From the NCBI GenBank assembly GCA_035291225.1, contig DATDSO010000010.1, forward strand, positions 11,163-75,162: DNA of 64,000 bases, written 5' to 3'. The DNA comes from an archaeon (GTDB lineage Archaea; Aenigmatarchaeota; Aenigmatarchaeia; Aenigmatarchaeales; JACQIB01). Within the stretch, counting starts at the first letter, position 1, and each line of letters begins with the position of its first letter. The position numbers and the translations under genes were made by a program. Shown here in pieces: positions 24,777 to 33,554 of this stretch. The notes beneath the pieces were generated by a model. That model worked only from the letters and a program-made list of their open reading frames with translations, made no database searches and was not told where the DNA came from.

Positions 24777-27146
24777 ATGATAACAAAAGTCCAATTGCAA
24801 AACTGGCGCTCGCATGAACAGACTGAATTAGATTTCTGCGAGGGCACGAACGCGCTTATTGGAATTATGGGAGCTGGGAAAACATCTATTCTGGATGGAA
24901 TCTGTTTTGCGCTCTTTGGAACTTTCCCAGCTTTAGTAAGCAAAAAAGTAAAACTTGAAGATGTTGTGATGAAAAAGCCCAAAGAGAAAAAATTTGCGGA
25001 AGTTAATGTTTTCTTTGAGCTGGATGACAAGGAATTTTCTGTTAAGCGCAGAATTGAAAACGGGCGCGCAACAGGCGAGCTGCGCTGCGAGGGAAAATTA
25101 ATTGAAAGCCCGCAGACAAACAAAGTCACTGAAGAGGTTGAGAAAATTCTGAAAATAAATTATGACCTGTTCACACGCGCAGTCTATTCGGAGCAGAACC
25201 AGATTGATATGTTTTTAACAATTCCAAAGGGCCAGCGCATGAAAAAAATTGATGAAATTCTGGCGATAGACAAATTTGAGAAAGCCCGCCTTACAACAAG
25301 GTCAATAGTAAATAAATTTTCCTCTACAGTTTCTGAGAAGCGCGAGCTTGTGAAGGATTTTGAATCCGGAGAAGAGCTGAAAAATTTCCCGCGCATGAAA
25401 AAAGAAATTGAAGAGCTGGAGCTTGAGCGCGCGAAAATGGAAAAAAATATTTCTGCGGTCCGCGATAAAAAGCAGAAAGCTGAAAGAAGCCTGTCTGCTA
25501 TGCGCGAGACAGAAAAGAAATTCCGCGAGCTTGAAACAGAAATGAAAACTTCTATTGCTCTAAGCAGGCAGTTCGAAGAAGATATTGACCGCGTAAAGCA
25601 TGAAGTTATGGACTACTCCGAGGAAAGTGATGAGCAAATCGGAGAGCGCGTTGCTTCTATTGAAAATGATTTTCTGAAAATGAAAGCCCAGATTGAAGAG
25701 GAGCGCGAGAAAATTTCATCGCTGCGGGAAATAATTTCCAGCAAGGAAACAAAAGTCAAGCTTATTGATTCTGAAAAAATTCCTGAAATTAAAAAGCACA
25801 TCAAGGAAATGAATGAACTTGAAGCAGACGCAAAAAAGCACCCACTGAGAAAAATTTCCGCCCAGCTTGAGCAGAGAGTAGAGGAACTTGAAAGCCACAA
25901 GGAGGGAGCGCAGACTGCGTGGGCGCAAATCAAGGAAGTTGAGGAAAGCGTGCGCGAATTTGAGTCTGTCGGGGAAGTTTGCCCAGTCTGCGAGAATGAA
26001 TTGAGTGAAAGAAAAAAGGCCGCGATTCTGGAAAAGAAAAATGAAAGGATTAGAAAACTGAAATCTGAAATCACAAAGCATGAAACCGGAAAAGACAAAA
26101 TGAAAATTGAAATTGAAAAATTGAAAACCGAGCTCAAGCTTGCCGAGAGAATTGAACAAAGGCTTTCACAATTGGAAGGGATTGAAAAGCAACTGAAGTT
26201 TGTTGAAGATGCAAAAAAGCAATTGCGCTCGGAAGTTTCCGAGCACAGCAATGAATTGAAAATGGCTGAGAAAGCTTTGAAGCTTGCTGACGGAGGATTT
26301 GAAGAAAAGCAAAAAGAATTTGAAAAAATGAAAAATGTTTTTGACAGGAGAAAAGAAATTCAGGAAAAACAGAAAAGGCTGCGCGAGCTGAGCCAGAGGA
26401 TTGAACAGCTTCAGGCGCAAAAAGGGCGTTTTGTTGGATTTGCTCCGGAAATTATTCCGGCGGTTGAAAAAGAATTTCAGGAAGCGATTGGAATGGAAAA
26501 GCACGCTGAGGCGAAGCTTGAGGGATTGATTGCTATTATCAGCGAGAAAGATTCCCGCATTTCTGAAGTGCAAAATAAAATGAAAATTCTGGAATTGCAC
26601 GGAGCTGAAATTAAAAAATTGGAGGCAATGCAAAACCAGCTTGAGCTTTTGGAATCTGGATTGGAAGCGACGCAGGGGCAGCTGAGAAAAAATTTTGTTT
26701 TGGCTGTGAATCAGGCAATGGGTTTGCTTTGGCAGAATTTGTATCCATACAAAGATTTCTATTCTTGCAGGCTTGCTGTTGAGGAGGGAGATTATATTTT
26801 GCAATTGCAGGATGCGACTGGATGGATTCCGGTTGATGGAGTTGCGAGCGGCGGAGAAAGAAGTTTGGCTGCGCTGACTTTGAGAATTGCTTTCTCGCTT
26901 GTGCTCGCTCCTCAGCTGCGCTGGCTTGTGCTTGATGAGCCAACGCACAATTTGGACGCTAAAGCTGTTGAAGATTTGGCAATTGTTTTGCGCGACAGGA
27001 TTTCAGAATTTGTTGAGCAGGTTTTTTTAATTACACACGACCCCGCGCTTGAGAATGCAGTTTCCGGTTATTTGTACAGGCTTGAGCGAGCAAAAGAAAA
27101 AAATGAAGAGACGCGGGCTATAAAAGTTTTCGGGCCTGAAGCATGA
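24777..27146 (+). CDS. rad50: DNA double-strand break repair ATPase Rad50
   Basis: Walker A GIMGAGKTSILDGI, long coiled coil, zinc hook CPVC, signature SGGERS, Walker B LVLDEPT. Confidence 0.9.
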   Translation: MITKVQLQNWRSHEQTELDFCEGTNALIGIMGAGKTSILDGICFALFGTFPALVSKKVKLEDVVMKKPKEKKFAEVNVFFELDDKEFSVKRRIENGRATGELRCEGKLIESPQTNKVTEEVEKILKINYDLFTRAVYSEQNQIDMFLTIPKGQRMKKIDEILAIDKFEKARLTTRSIVNKFSSTVSEKRELVKDFESGEELKNFPRMKKEIEELELERAKMEKNISAVRDKKQKAERSLSAMRETEKKFRELETEMKTSIALSRQFEEDIDRVKHEVMDYSEESDEQIGERVASIENDFLKMKAQIEEEREKISSLREIISSKETKVKLIDSEKIPEIKKHIKEMNELEADAKKHPLRKISAQLEQRVEELESHKEGAQTAWAQIKEVEESVREFESVGEVCPVCENELSERKKAAILEKKNERIRKLKSEITKHETGKDKMKIEIEKLKTELKLAERIEQRLSQLEGIEKQLKFVEDAKKQLRSEVSEHSNELKMAEKALKLADGGFEEKQKEFEKMKNVFDRRKEIQEKQKRLRELSQRIEQLQAQKGRFVGFAPEIIPAVEKEFQEAIGMEKHAEAKLEGLIAIISEKDSRISEVQNKMKILELHGAEIKKLEAMQNQLELLESGLEATQGQLRKNFVLAVNQAMGLLWQNLYPYKDFYSCRLAVEEGDYILQLQDATGWIPVDGVASGGERSLAALTLRIAFSLVLAPQLRWLVLDEPTHNLDAKAVEDLAIVLRDRISEFVEQVFLITHDPALENAVSGYLYRLERAKEKNEETRAIKVFGPEA

Positions 27147-27176
27147 GGATTTAAATTTAGAATCACAAGCATATCT

Positions 27177-27707
27177 ATGGAACTTCAAGGATATGTGCAA
27201 CAAATAAAAGATCTTGTGCAGAAAGGAAATTATACCCGTGCCGAGGCTGTGTTTTATGTTGCAGTGGCAGATGAAGGCAGAAAAGTTTTCGGCGTTGGAA
27301 GCCATGCTCCATATTCCAAATTGCAGCCGTTTGTTGACGCTTTAGATAAAAGTGGCTTGTGGGGGCATATAGCAAAAATGAAGCCAGACACGCAACCGAT
27401 AAGATTTGTGCAGGAAATAATTCATAACAGAAATTCTATTATACCTAATATTTCTGGGATTTCCGCAGAAACTGTGATAAATATTTTAGAAGAAGCGAAC
27501 AAAAAAGGCATAACTGATAGAAGAAATATGGTAGATGTTGTTAAAGAATATATTCCTAAAGGTCAGATGAAAAGAGATAGCAGGATAAAAGAATGGTATG
27601 AAGATATTTATTCTCTCGCTGTTGGAAAAACTTGGCAAAATATGCCTATGCCAAAAAGGCAGGATGTTGCGATGACCGGTGTCCACAAGGAAAAAGCTGT
27701 TGTGTGA
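27177..27707 (+). CDS. Hypothetical protein (ORFan between rad50 and herA)
   Basis: 176-aa ORF; no motif recognised. Composition differs visually from its neighbours. Confidence 0.5.
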   Translation: MELQGYVQQIKDLVQKGNYTRAEAVFYVAVADEGRKVFGVGSHAPYSKLQPFVDALDKSGLWGHIAKMKPDTQPIRFVQEIIHNRNSIIPNISGISAETVINILEEANKKGITDRRNMVDVVKEYIPKGQMKRDSRIKEWYEDIYSLAVGKTWQNMPMPKRQDVAMTGVHKEKAVV

Positions 27708-27747
27708 AAGGTTTAAATACCTTAAATAACCTTTATTTAGTGGTAGT

Positions 27748-28146
27748 ATGTGTATAACAGATCTTCCTGAAGGCCATCTGGAGCAGTGCGTCGGAGACGC
27801 GGTTTATGCTATTGGGTTAAAACTCAAAGAACATGAGATAGGCGGCAAAGTTGATTATCTTGGAAGTGAATTTTATAGAGCGCTTGAGATGGTTGAAGAT
27901 AGAGCCCTCAAAAGAGAATTCTTTCGCGGAGGTGAAGTTGAAGAACTCAGAAAAAGACTTTTAAGAGTTGAAGGAACTTTCAGAAAAGAAAGCATGCGTA
28001 GGAGTTATAGAAAGTTTGTTGAAAATGTTGTCATGCAATATGCTCAGGGAAACCCGCATTTATTTTTGATGTTGTGGGAAAGAACTCAAAGATTCAAAAG
28101 AGAGGCTGTTTCTGGAAAAGATGAAACGCCCGACTACATAAGATAA
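27748..28146 (+). CDS. Hypothetical protein (ORFan between rad50 and herA)
   Basis: 132-aa ORF, basic/helical. No family recognised. Confidence 0.5.
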   Translation: MCITDLPEGHLEQCVGDAVYAIGLKLKEHEIGGKVDYLGSEFYRALEMVEDRALKREFFRGGEVEELRKRLLRVEGTFRKESMRRSYRKFVENVVMQYAQGNPHLFLMLWERTQRFKREAVSGKDETPDYIR

Positions 28147-28165
28147 TTTTTTTATTTCTTTGGCC

Positions 28166-29677
28166 TTACATAAACGCCTTTGCATCCCTTTCCTTCTGCT
28201 CGCGCCCGTCAGCGAAATTCAGGCAAGCCTGCTCAAGCGCAATTCCGCGCTCGTTCTTTTTGCTTTTGCGCTCGCGGACTTTCAGAAACAGCGGATAGTT
28301 CACAGCTTCTCCAACAATCAACGCTTCCCCAACGCGCAAAGAAGAAATTGTTCCGAGAACATCTGAAGTCAAACCTTCGGAGCTTTCTCCAATGTGCTTC
28401 AAGTCATACGGGTTTGTCACGCGCAGAATTATGTGCGTGTTGCACTGGGACAAAGCAGTTGTGGAAAGATTTATCGGCCTCTGGGAAATCAAACCCAAGC
28501 ACGCGTGGAATTTTCTTCCCTCGCGCGCGATTTTTTCAATTATATTTCTGGAAATCGCGCCTTCTCTATTCACGCCTTCCGGGCAGAAATTGTGAGCCTC
28601 CTCCACAATAAAAGCAAACGGCGGAATCGCTCCGCTCCTGCGCGCGTTGAAAAGTTTCTGGCCCAAGTAAGTTACAATAATTTGTTTTTCCTTCAGAGAA
28701 ACCATGTCTGAAATATCTATCACAGTCAAATGCCCGGGGCGCGTTAATTTTTGCAGGGATGGATTGTCGTATCCGGAAAATAATCCTGTTGAGTCCAACT
28801 CGTAAATCAAAGTGTATAGAATATCTCTTGTTGTGGATTTTATTTCGCTTGACTCTAATTTGTTCAGAACATCCCTGAAATCAAAAACTTTCCCGCGGTT
28901 CTCATCATTCATTACAGCCAGAAATTTATTCAGCTCTCTTTTTTGCACAGAAGTCATGTGCGGCATAATTTCCGCAATCATTCCCGCGCTCAATCCCGGC
29001 ACGCCGATTCTGAAATCTCTTCCGAGAATTACATCCGTTCTGTCCTTGTAATTTTTATCTTCCGCAAATCCAATGTATTCTCCATGCGTGTCAATCACAA
29101 CTGTAGCCACTTGCCCGTCCTCTGATTTTCTGTCCAGCAATTCTTCAATCAAGCAGGAAGTTAAATAAGATTTTCCGGCTCCCGACTGCGCGAGAATCGC
29201 AAAATGCTTTTGCAGCAGCCGCGTCATGTTTAATTTCACAAGCATGTTGTGATGCTCAACTGTTCCCAAGTGCAAGCCTTTTTCCAAATCCAACCCGAAA
29301 AAAATTGAGAGAATGGAATTTTCCGCATTGAAAACTTTTGCTCCCGGGCTTGCTGGAAAAGCCGAGCGCATTAATTTTTCAGAGCTGTAAACTCCCAAAG
29401 GAACTGCTTCCGCAACTAAATATTCCCAGCGCTCTGATGGAAATAATTCTGTCAAAGGCTTTCCCGAGCGCTCAAATTCCTGCACAGATTCCGCGCGCTC
29501 AAAATACCTGTTTGTTTTTATTATTTCAGAAATGCGCGCGATTAATTTTCCCTCTTGGGTTTCAAGCATCACAAACTGGCCCTTTCTCGCTGAGCCTGTA
29601 ACTATAAACGCGAGCTTTGTTGTGCTCGGGCTGTCCGGTGTTGAGATTATTGTTCCGAGAGCGCTGCTTGTTTCCAT
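28166..29677 (-). CDS. herA: HerA-type DNA repair helicase/translocase
   Basis: Walker A AILAQSGAGKSY, Walker B FIVEEAHNF, ..GLISQRP... ATG 29677 is 25.5 nt from TATA 29699-29706. Confidence 0.85.
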   Translation of the reverse strand: METSSALGTIISTPDSPSTTKLAFIVTGSARKGQFVMLETQEGKLIARISEIIKTNRYFERAESVQEFERSGKPLTELFPSERWEYLVAEAVPLGVYSSEKLMRSAFPASPGAKVFNAENSILSIFFGLDLEKGLHLGTVEHHNMLVKLNMTRLLQKHFAILAQSGAGKSYLTSCLIEELLDRKSEDGQVATVVIDTHGEYIGFAEDKNYKDRTDVILGRDFRIGVPGLSAGMIAEIMPHMTSVQKRELNKFLAVMNDENRGKVFDFRDVLNKLESSEIKSTTRDILYTLIYELDSTGLFSGYDNPSLQKLTRPGHLTVIDISDMVSLKEKQIIVTYLGQKLFNARRSGAIPPFAFIVEEAHNFCPEGVNREGAISRNIIEKIAREGRKFHACLGLISQRPINLSTTALSQCNTHIILRVTNPYDLKHIGESSEGLTSDVLGTISSLRVGEALIVGEAVNYPLFLKVRERKSKKNERGIALEQACLNFADGREQKERDAKAFM

Positions 29678-29791
29678 ACAAATCACAGAATGCCTAAGTA
29701 TTAAATAGATTGCAGGCTTAAATTCTTTTTAGAATTCCTTTTATGAGCGGTTGACATATGTATATTTAAGCTTTACGGTGTATAGATTTTT

Positions 29792-30340
29792 ATGAGAGCA
29801 ATTGTTGAAAGACCTGTACAAAATCCTGCAGGAGAATTAAGATACGGCTTTGTTGATGATAAAAGTTTAAAGGTGTATGAAACAGTTCCGGGTCCCAATA
29901 ATCCACTCAGAAAAACTCCGGGATATTTAGTTTGCGGCGTTGCAGACCTATCCGGAGGTTTAACTAGAAGGCCCGTTAGAACTGGTGCTTTTAAACTCGA
30001 CTTAAATAAACATCATTCTGATACTTTTGCATTTGAACCAGATGAGTTTGTTTCCCGAACTTTCTATGCTGATCGCAGGCGCGTAACTTGGCAAATAGAA
30101 TTTTTATTCAGAGAAACTTCTAGAGCAATATGTTTAGAAGATGGAAGTATTCTCGTCCGAGAAGATTTGGTAGGAAATTCTGAATATTTAAAAACACTGG
30201 ATAGTCTTGCGAAAGCTTACGCCGATGTTTTCGGAGGAAAAGCGATGATTCCAGGAATTAACTCTCCGGAAATTTTTCGTGACAATGGCTACGGTGTATT
30301 TAGCCTCCGCGGTGTATTTGGCCTCGAAGCTCCAATTTGA
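29792..30340 (+). CDS. Hypothetical protein
   Basis: 182-aa ORF with own TATA (29762-29769, 26.5 nt from the ATG). No family recognised. Confidence 0.5.
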   Translation: MRAIVERPVQNPAGELRYGFVDDKSLKVYETVPGPNNPLRKTPGYLVCGVADLSGGLTRRPVRTGAFKLDLNKHHSDTFAFEPDEFVSRTFYADRRRVTWQIEFLFRETSRAICLEDGSILVREDLVGNSEYLKTLDSLAKAYADVFGGKAMIPGINSPEIFRDNGYGVFSLRGVFGLEAPI

Positions 30341-30404
30341 TAAAGCTTAAGTTTCAATTTTTCTAAAGGATTTTAATTTTAAATCTTGAAAAACAATCAA
30401 TTCC

Positions 30405-31172
30405 ATGCCCTCCTACAAATTCCTCACAGAGCGCGCTTTGTTCATTCCAAAAGAAAAAGCTTTGGTAATAGCGGATTTGCATTTGGGAATTGAATATGGA
30501 TTGAGAAAATCCGGAATAACAATTCCCAGCCAGACGGAAAATTTGCGCGCCCGATTAGAAAAATTAATCAGGCAAACGGCCGCGAAAAAATTAATTATTC
30601 TCGGGGACATCAAGGATGAATTCCGCGGGCTGAGCTGGCAGGAAATGAGAGAAGCCCCAAACTTTTTTTCTGAGCTCGCAAAAAAAGTTGAGTTGCATTT
30701 GGTAAAGGGAAACCACGATGGATTAATTGAAAATATTTTGCCAAAAAGCAAGAGGATAAAAATTTACGAGCCTGTTGGTTTTAGATTGGGAAATTTTGCT
30801 TTCACGCACGGCCATGCATGGATTTCCAAAGAAATGATCAAAGCGAAAATTTTGCTGATGGGAAACCTGCATCCGGCTGTTGAATTTTATTCCGGGCGCT
30901 CGAGACTGGTTGAGCACATTTGGCTGCGCGCCCCATTGAACAAAAAAGTTTTTGAAAAGAAATTTGCAGAGAAAACAAATTTGGAAACTGCAATAATTCT
31001 ACCGGCTTTCAATTTGCTTTCGGGCGGAGCTTCTGTAAACAGAAAAGGATTTGAGATTTACAAGCCTTTCAAGAAAGCTTTTGCGTGGAAAGCGGCTGAA
31101 ATATTTTTGCTGGATGGAATTTGTTTGGGAATGTTAAAGAGTTTGAAAACAAAATCAAAAACCACCTATTGA
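30405..31172 (+). CDS. SbcD/Mre11-related metallophosphoesterase (MJ0037-like)
   Basis: Motifs VIADLHLG, ILGDIKD, GNHD, THGH. Confidence 0.7.
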   Translation: MPSYKFLTERALFIPKEKALVIADLHLGIEYGLRKSGITIPSQTENLRARLEKLIRQTAAKKLIILGDIKDEFRGLSWQEMREAPNFFSELAKKVELHLVKGNHDGLIENILPKSKRIKIYEPVGFRLGNFAFTHGHAWISKEMIKAKILLMGNLHPAVEFYSGRSRLVEHIWLRAPLNKKVFEKKFAEKTNLETAIILPAFNLLSGGASVNRKGFEIYKPFKKAFAWKAAEIFLLDGICLGMLKSLKTKSKTTY

Positions 31173-31228
31173 AAATAAGTTGTATCTGTCTATGAAAACT
31201 TTATAAATAAACCAATAGGAAATTCTAT

Positions 31229-32380
31229 ATGAAAAAAGTTGTTTTTGCTTTCGCGGTTTTCTTGCTATTATTTTCGTCTATGGCGTTCGCTTTGGTTATT
31301 ACAAAAGATACTATGGAGAGTACAACTGACAGAACAGCGGTGTTCAATGTAACAACAGACCAGTCGACTATTATTACAATTTTTTATGCCAACGAGACTT
31401 GGTATAATGCTCATTCTTCCGATCCGCTGAACATAAGAATTAACAATCAGTATAATGATAATATTTACAAAATTACAAGAACTCCAACGATTAGCGGGCT
31501 TTCTCCCGGCACAAAATATTATTATTATGTTTACGCTTCAACCTCTGGAGGGCAGGGCGCGCAGGGGCAGATAAAATCCTTCACAACCGCGGCCAACCAG
31601 CCTCCGACTGCAACACAAGTTTCTGCCACAGACATAACAACAGATTCAGTCAAACTTTTATGGACAGCAAGCTCTGATGTTGATTTCGCTTCTTACAAGA
31701 TTTACAGGAGTGAAAGCGCAGGAGTCGATGAAAGCTCAACTCTTGTCATAACGATAACAGAAAAAAATAATGCAAGCTATACTGACGCTCAACTCACCAA
31801 TAACACAACTTATTATTACAAAGTTTATGTTGTTGATAGCGGCGACTTGAGCACTGGAAGCAATGAGGTTTCTGGAAAAACAACAGAAATCCCTGCCACA
31901 ACAACAAGCACACCGCCATCTTCTACAACAACCAGCATTGATTCGGCTATAACAACGACATCTACAACTGCTCCTCCAACTACAACCACAACTTTGCCCC
32001 CAGCAACCACGACAACTCAGGCAGCTACAGAAGCTGAAGCGCTTTCTGCAATACAACTGGCTAATTCCACAATAAATGCTGTTAGAGATTCGAAGAATAT
32101 TGCAGAGGCTCAAAAGGCTTACAATGATGCCATAGAAAATTACAACACAGGGAATTTTGAAATTGCAAAATCAAAAGCAGAGGAAGCCAAAAACACTGCT
32201 CTTAATGCTCCTGATTTGAAAAAAGAAAGCAGTGACAATTCTTTCTTGATTTTGACGGTTGGAGCTGTTATTCTTTTAGTAATTATTGGCGCAGCTGTTT
32301 ATTTTCTAATAATAAAAAAGAAATCGCCGGCGCAAATTGCTAGAGATTTGGCGCGAAGCCCTGCACCTGAGCAGAGCTAA
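31229..32380 (+). CDS. Surface protein: signal peptide, FN3 domain, Thr-linker, helical stalk, C-terminal TM anchor
   Basis: MKKVVFAFAVFLLLFSSMAFA; FN3-like ..PPTATQVSATDITTDSVKLLWTASSD..YKIYRS..YYYKVYVVD; TTSTPPSSTTTS..PPTTTTTLPPATTTT. C-terminal module is paralogous to 39377..40681. Confidence 0.7.
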   Translation: MKKVVFAFAVFLLLFSSMAFALVITKDTMESTTDRTAVFNVTTDQSTIITIFYANETWYNAHSSDPLNIRINNQYNDNIYKITRTPTISGLSPGTKYYYYVYASTSGGQGAQGQIKSFTTAANQPPTATQVSATDITTDSVKLLWTASSDVDFASYKIYRSESAGVDESSTLVITITEKNNASYTDAQLTNNTTYYYKVYVVDSGDLSTGSNEVSGKTTEIPATTTSTPPSSTTTSIDSAITTTSTTAPPTTTTTLPPATTTTQAATEAEALSAIQLANSTINAVRDSKNIAEAQKAYNDAIENYNTGNFEIAKSKAEEAKNTALNAPDLKKESSDNSFLILTVGAVILLVIIGAAVYFLIIKKKSPAQIARDLARSPAPEQS

Positions 32381-32439
32381 TCAAAAATAAATATAAAAAG
32401 AAAAAATTTGCGGAAAAATTTCCGCAAGAAACTTCTATC

Positions 32440-32727
32440 TCAAACTACAGCAATCTTCCCAGTCTTTCCAACACCCAGCTGCACTTCACCTTTGAATTCT
32501 TTTGTGAAGCCGTTTGTCAGCTCTACTTCTACTCCTTCTTGAATTCCTTCTGATTGCTGGCCCCATAGAGCAATTGGCATTGAGCCCGAGTCGTCCTGCA
32601 AAACCGCATTGACTAAAGTTGTTTGAGTTCCAAACTTGGTCTGGATTTGCTTTGGCTCGCTCATGCTCGCAACTTTCGCGCGCAGGGAAACGTTGTTCAT
32701 TCCGCTTTTGAGTTCAGATATTTTCAT
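32440..32727 (-). CDS. OB-fold single-stranded DNA-binding protein (short SSB/RPA-like)
   Basis: 95 aa. ..ISELKSGMNNVSLRAKV..VNAVLQDDSGSMPIALWGQQ.. is a typical OB-fold anticodon/ssDNA-binding pattern. Confidence 0.55.
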   Translation of the reverse strand: MKISELKSGMNNVSLRAKVASMSEPKQIQTKFGTQTTLVNAVLQDDSGSMPIALWGQQSEGIQEGVEVELTNGFTKEFKGEVQLGVGKTGKIAVV

Positions 32728-32735
32728 TTTCTCAC

Positions 32736-33200
32736 CTATGCTTCCTCTTCTCCGCCCTCTTCGCCTGCGCCTTCAGACTCTTCTGCTTCAACTTCTGAAG
32801 CAGCTTCCTCGACTTCCTCTGCTGGCGATTCCTCGCTCGAGCTTGGAGAGCCTGCGACCGCAACTTCTCCGATTGCGTGCCTTCCGCGCACTTCCTTTAT
32901 TCTGATATGCACTTTGTCTCCCTTGTTCGTTCCCGGAACAAAGACAACGAAATTTTTTACTCTCGCTATTCCGTCCCCGCGCTGGGAAACTTCTGAGATT
33001 TCCACATCGTACTCTTCTCCCTCTTTTACTGGAGCAGGTTCGCTTGAGCGCCCGAAATCTCTTCGTCCGCCGCCTCCGAAACCGCCTCGGCCTCCTCCTC
33101 CGCCAAATCCTCCGCGTCCGCCGCTTCCGAATCCTCCACTGCGTCCGCCGCTTCCGCCTCGGCCTCCGCCGAATCCTCCTCTTCTTTCACCGAAACCCAT
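32736..33200 (-). CDS. TRAM-domain RNA-binding protein with N-terminal RGG/GAR-like tail and acidic C-terminal tail
   Basis: N-terminus GFGERRGGFGGGRGGSGGRSGGFGSGGRGGFGGGGGRGGFGGGGRR. TRAM core EGEEYDVEISEVSQRGDGIARVKNFVVFVPGTNKGDKVHIRIKEV. Tail ..EEVEEAASEVEAEESEGAGEEGGEEEA. AGGAGATGA SD. Confidence 0.75.
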   Translation of the reverse strand: MGFGERRGGFGGGRGGSGGRSGGFGSGGRGGFGGGGGRGGFGGGGRRDFGRSSEPAPVKEGEEYDVEISEVSQRGDGIARVKNFVVFVPGTNKGDKVHIRIKEVRGRHAIGEVAVAGSPSSSEESPAEEVEEAASEVEAEESEGAGEEGGEEEA

Positions 33201-33454
33201 ATTTATTCATCTCCTATTTTTATTAGTTTGAGAAAAGCGTAGCTAAGGCTGAATTGCTTTTGCAATTGAAACCGTAAACTCGCATTCTCGCACCAAATTT
33301 TTTTACCGTAAGAATTAGCACTTGGTTTTCCCTCGCACCCTACCCACGGCTGAATATTTTTGGGAAGTTGAGGTTTATAAATGCGATGAATTCACGAGCT
33401 CACTGCTTCTCGTAAACTCGAAGCAGTTCGCAATCAATATGTAAAAATTATTTT

Positions 33455-33504
33455 CACACACATTGATGTGAGCGCGCACGGGTTTACCCTGCGCGCGAGC
33501 CATC
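33455..33504 (+). repeat. GC-rich hairpin repeat, copy e1
   Basis: CACACATTGATGTGAGCGCGCACGGGTTTACCCTGCGCGCGAGCCATC. About 10-bp GC stem, TTTA loop, flanking GA/GA mismatch. Lies 22 nt upstream of TATA 33526. Confidence 0.8.
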
Positions 33505-33554
33505 AAAACTTTTCATTTTCAAATCTTTATAAATTTCAAAAACAGAAAAGTTTA

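Noticed and set aside
24575-26948. Long minus-strand ORFs (184, 212, 147, 260 and 110 aa) inside rad50
   Set aside because: They are antisense to the Lys/Glu-rich Rad50 coiled coil. Their Ser/Phe/Leu-rich translations are the expected mirror image, they contain no motifs, and rad50 itself is unambiguous.
32623-33231. 202-aa Pro-rich plus-strand ORF (and 32636..32905)
   Set aside because: Antisense to the RGG/TRAM gene. The Pro-rich run is simply the reverse complement of the Gly codons. The TRAM reading frame has a clear domain and an SD site.
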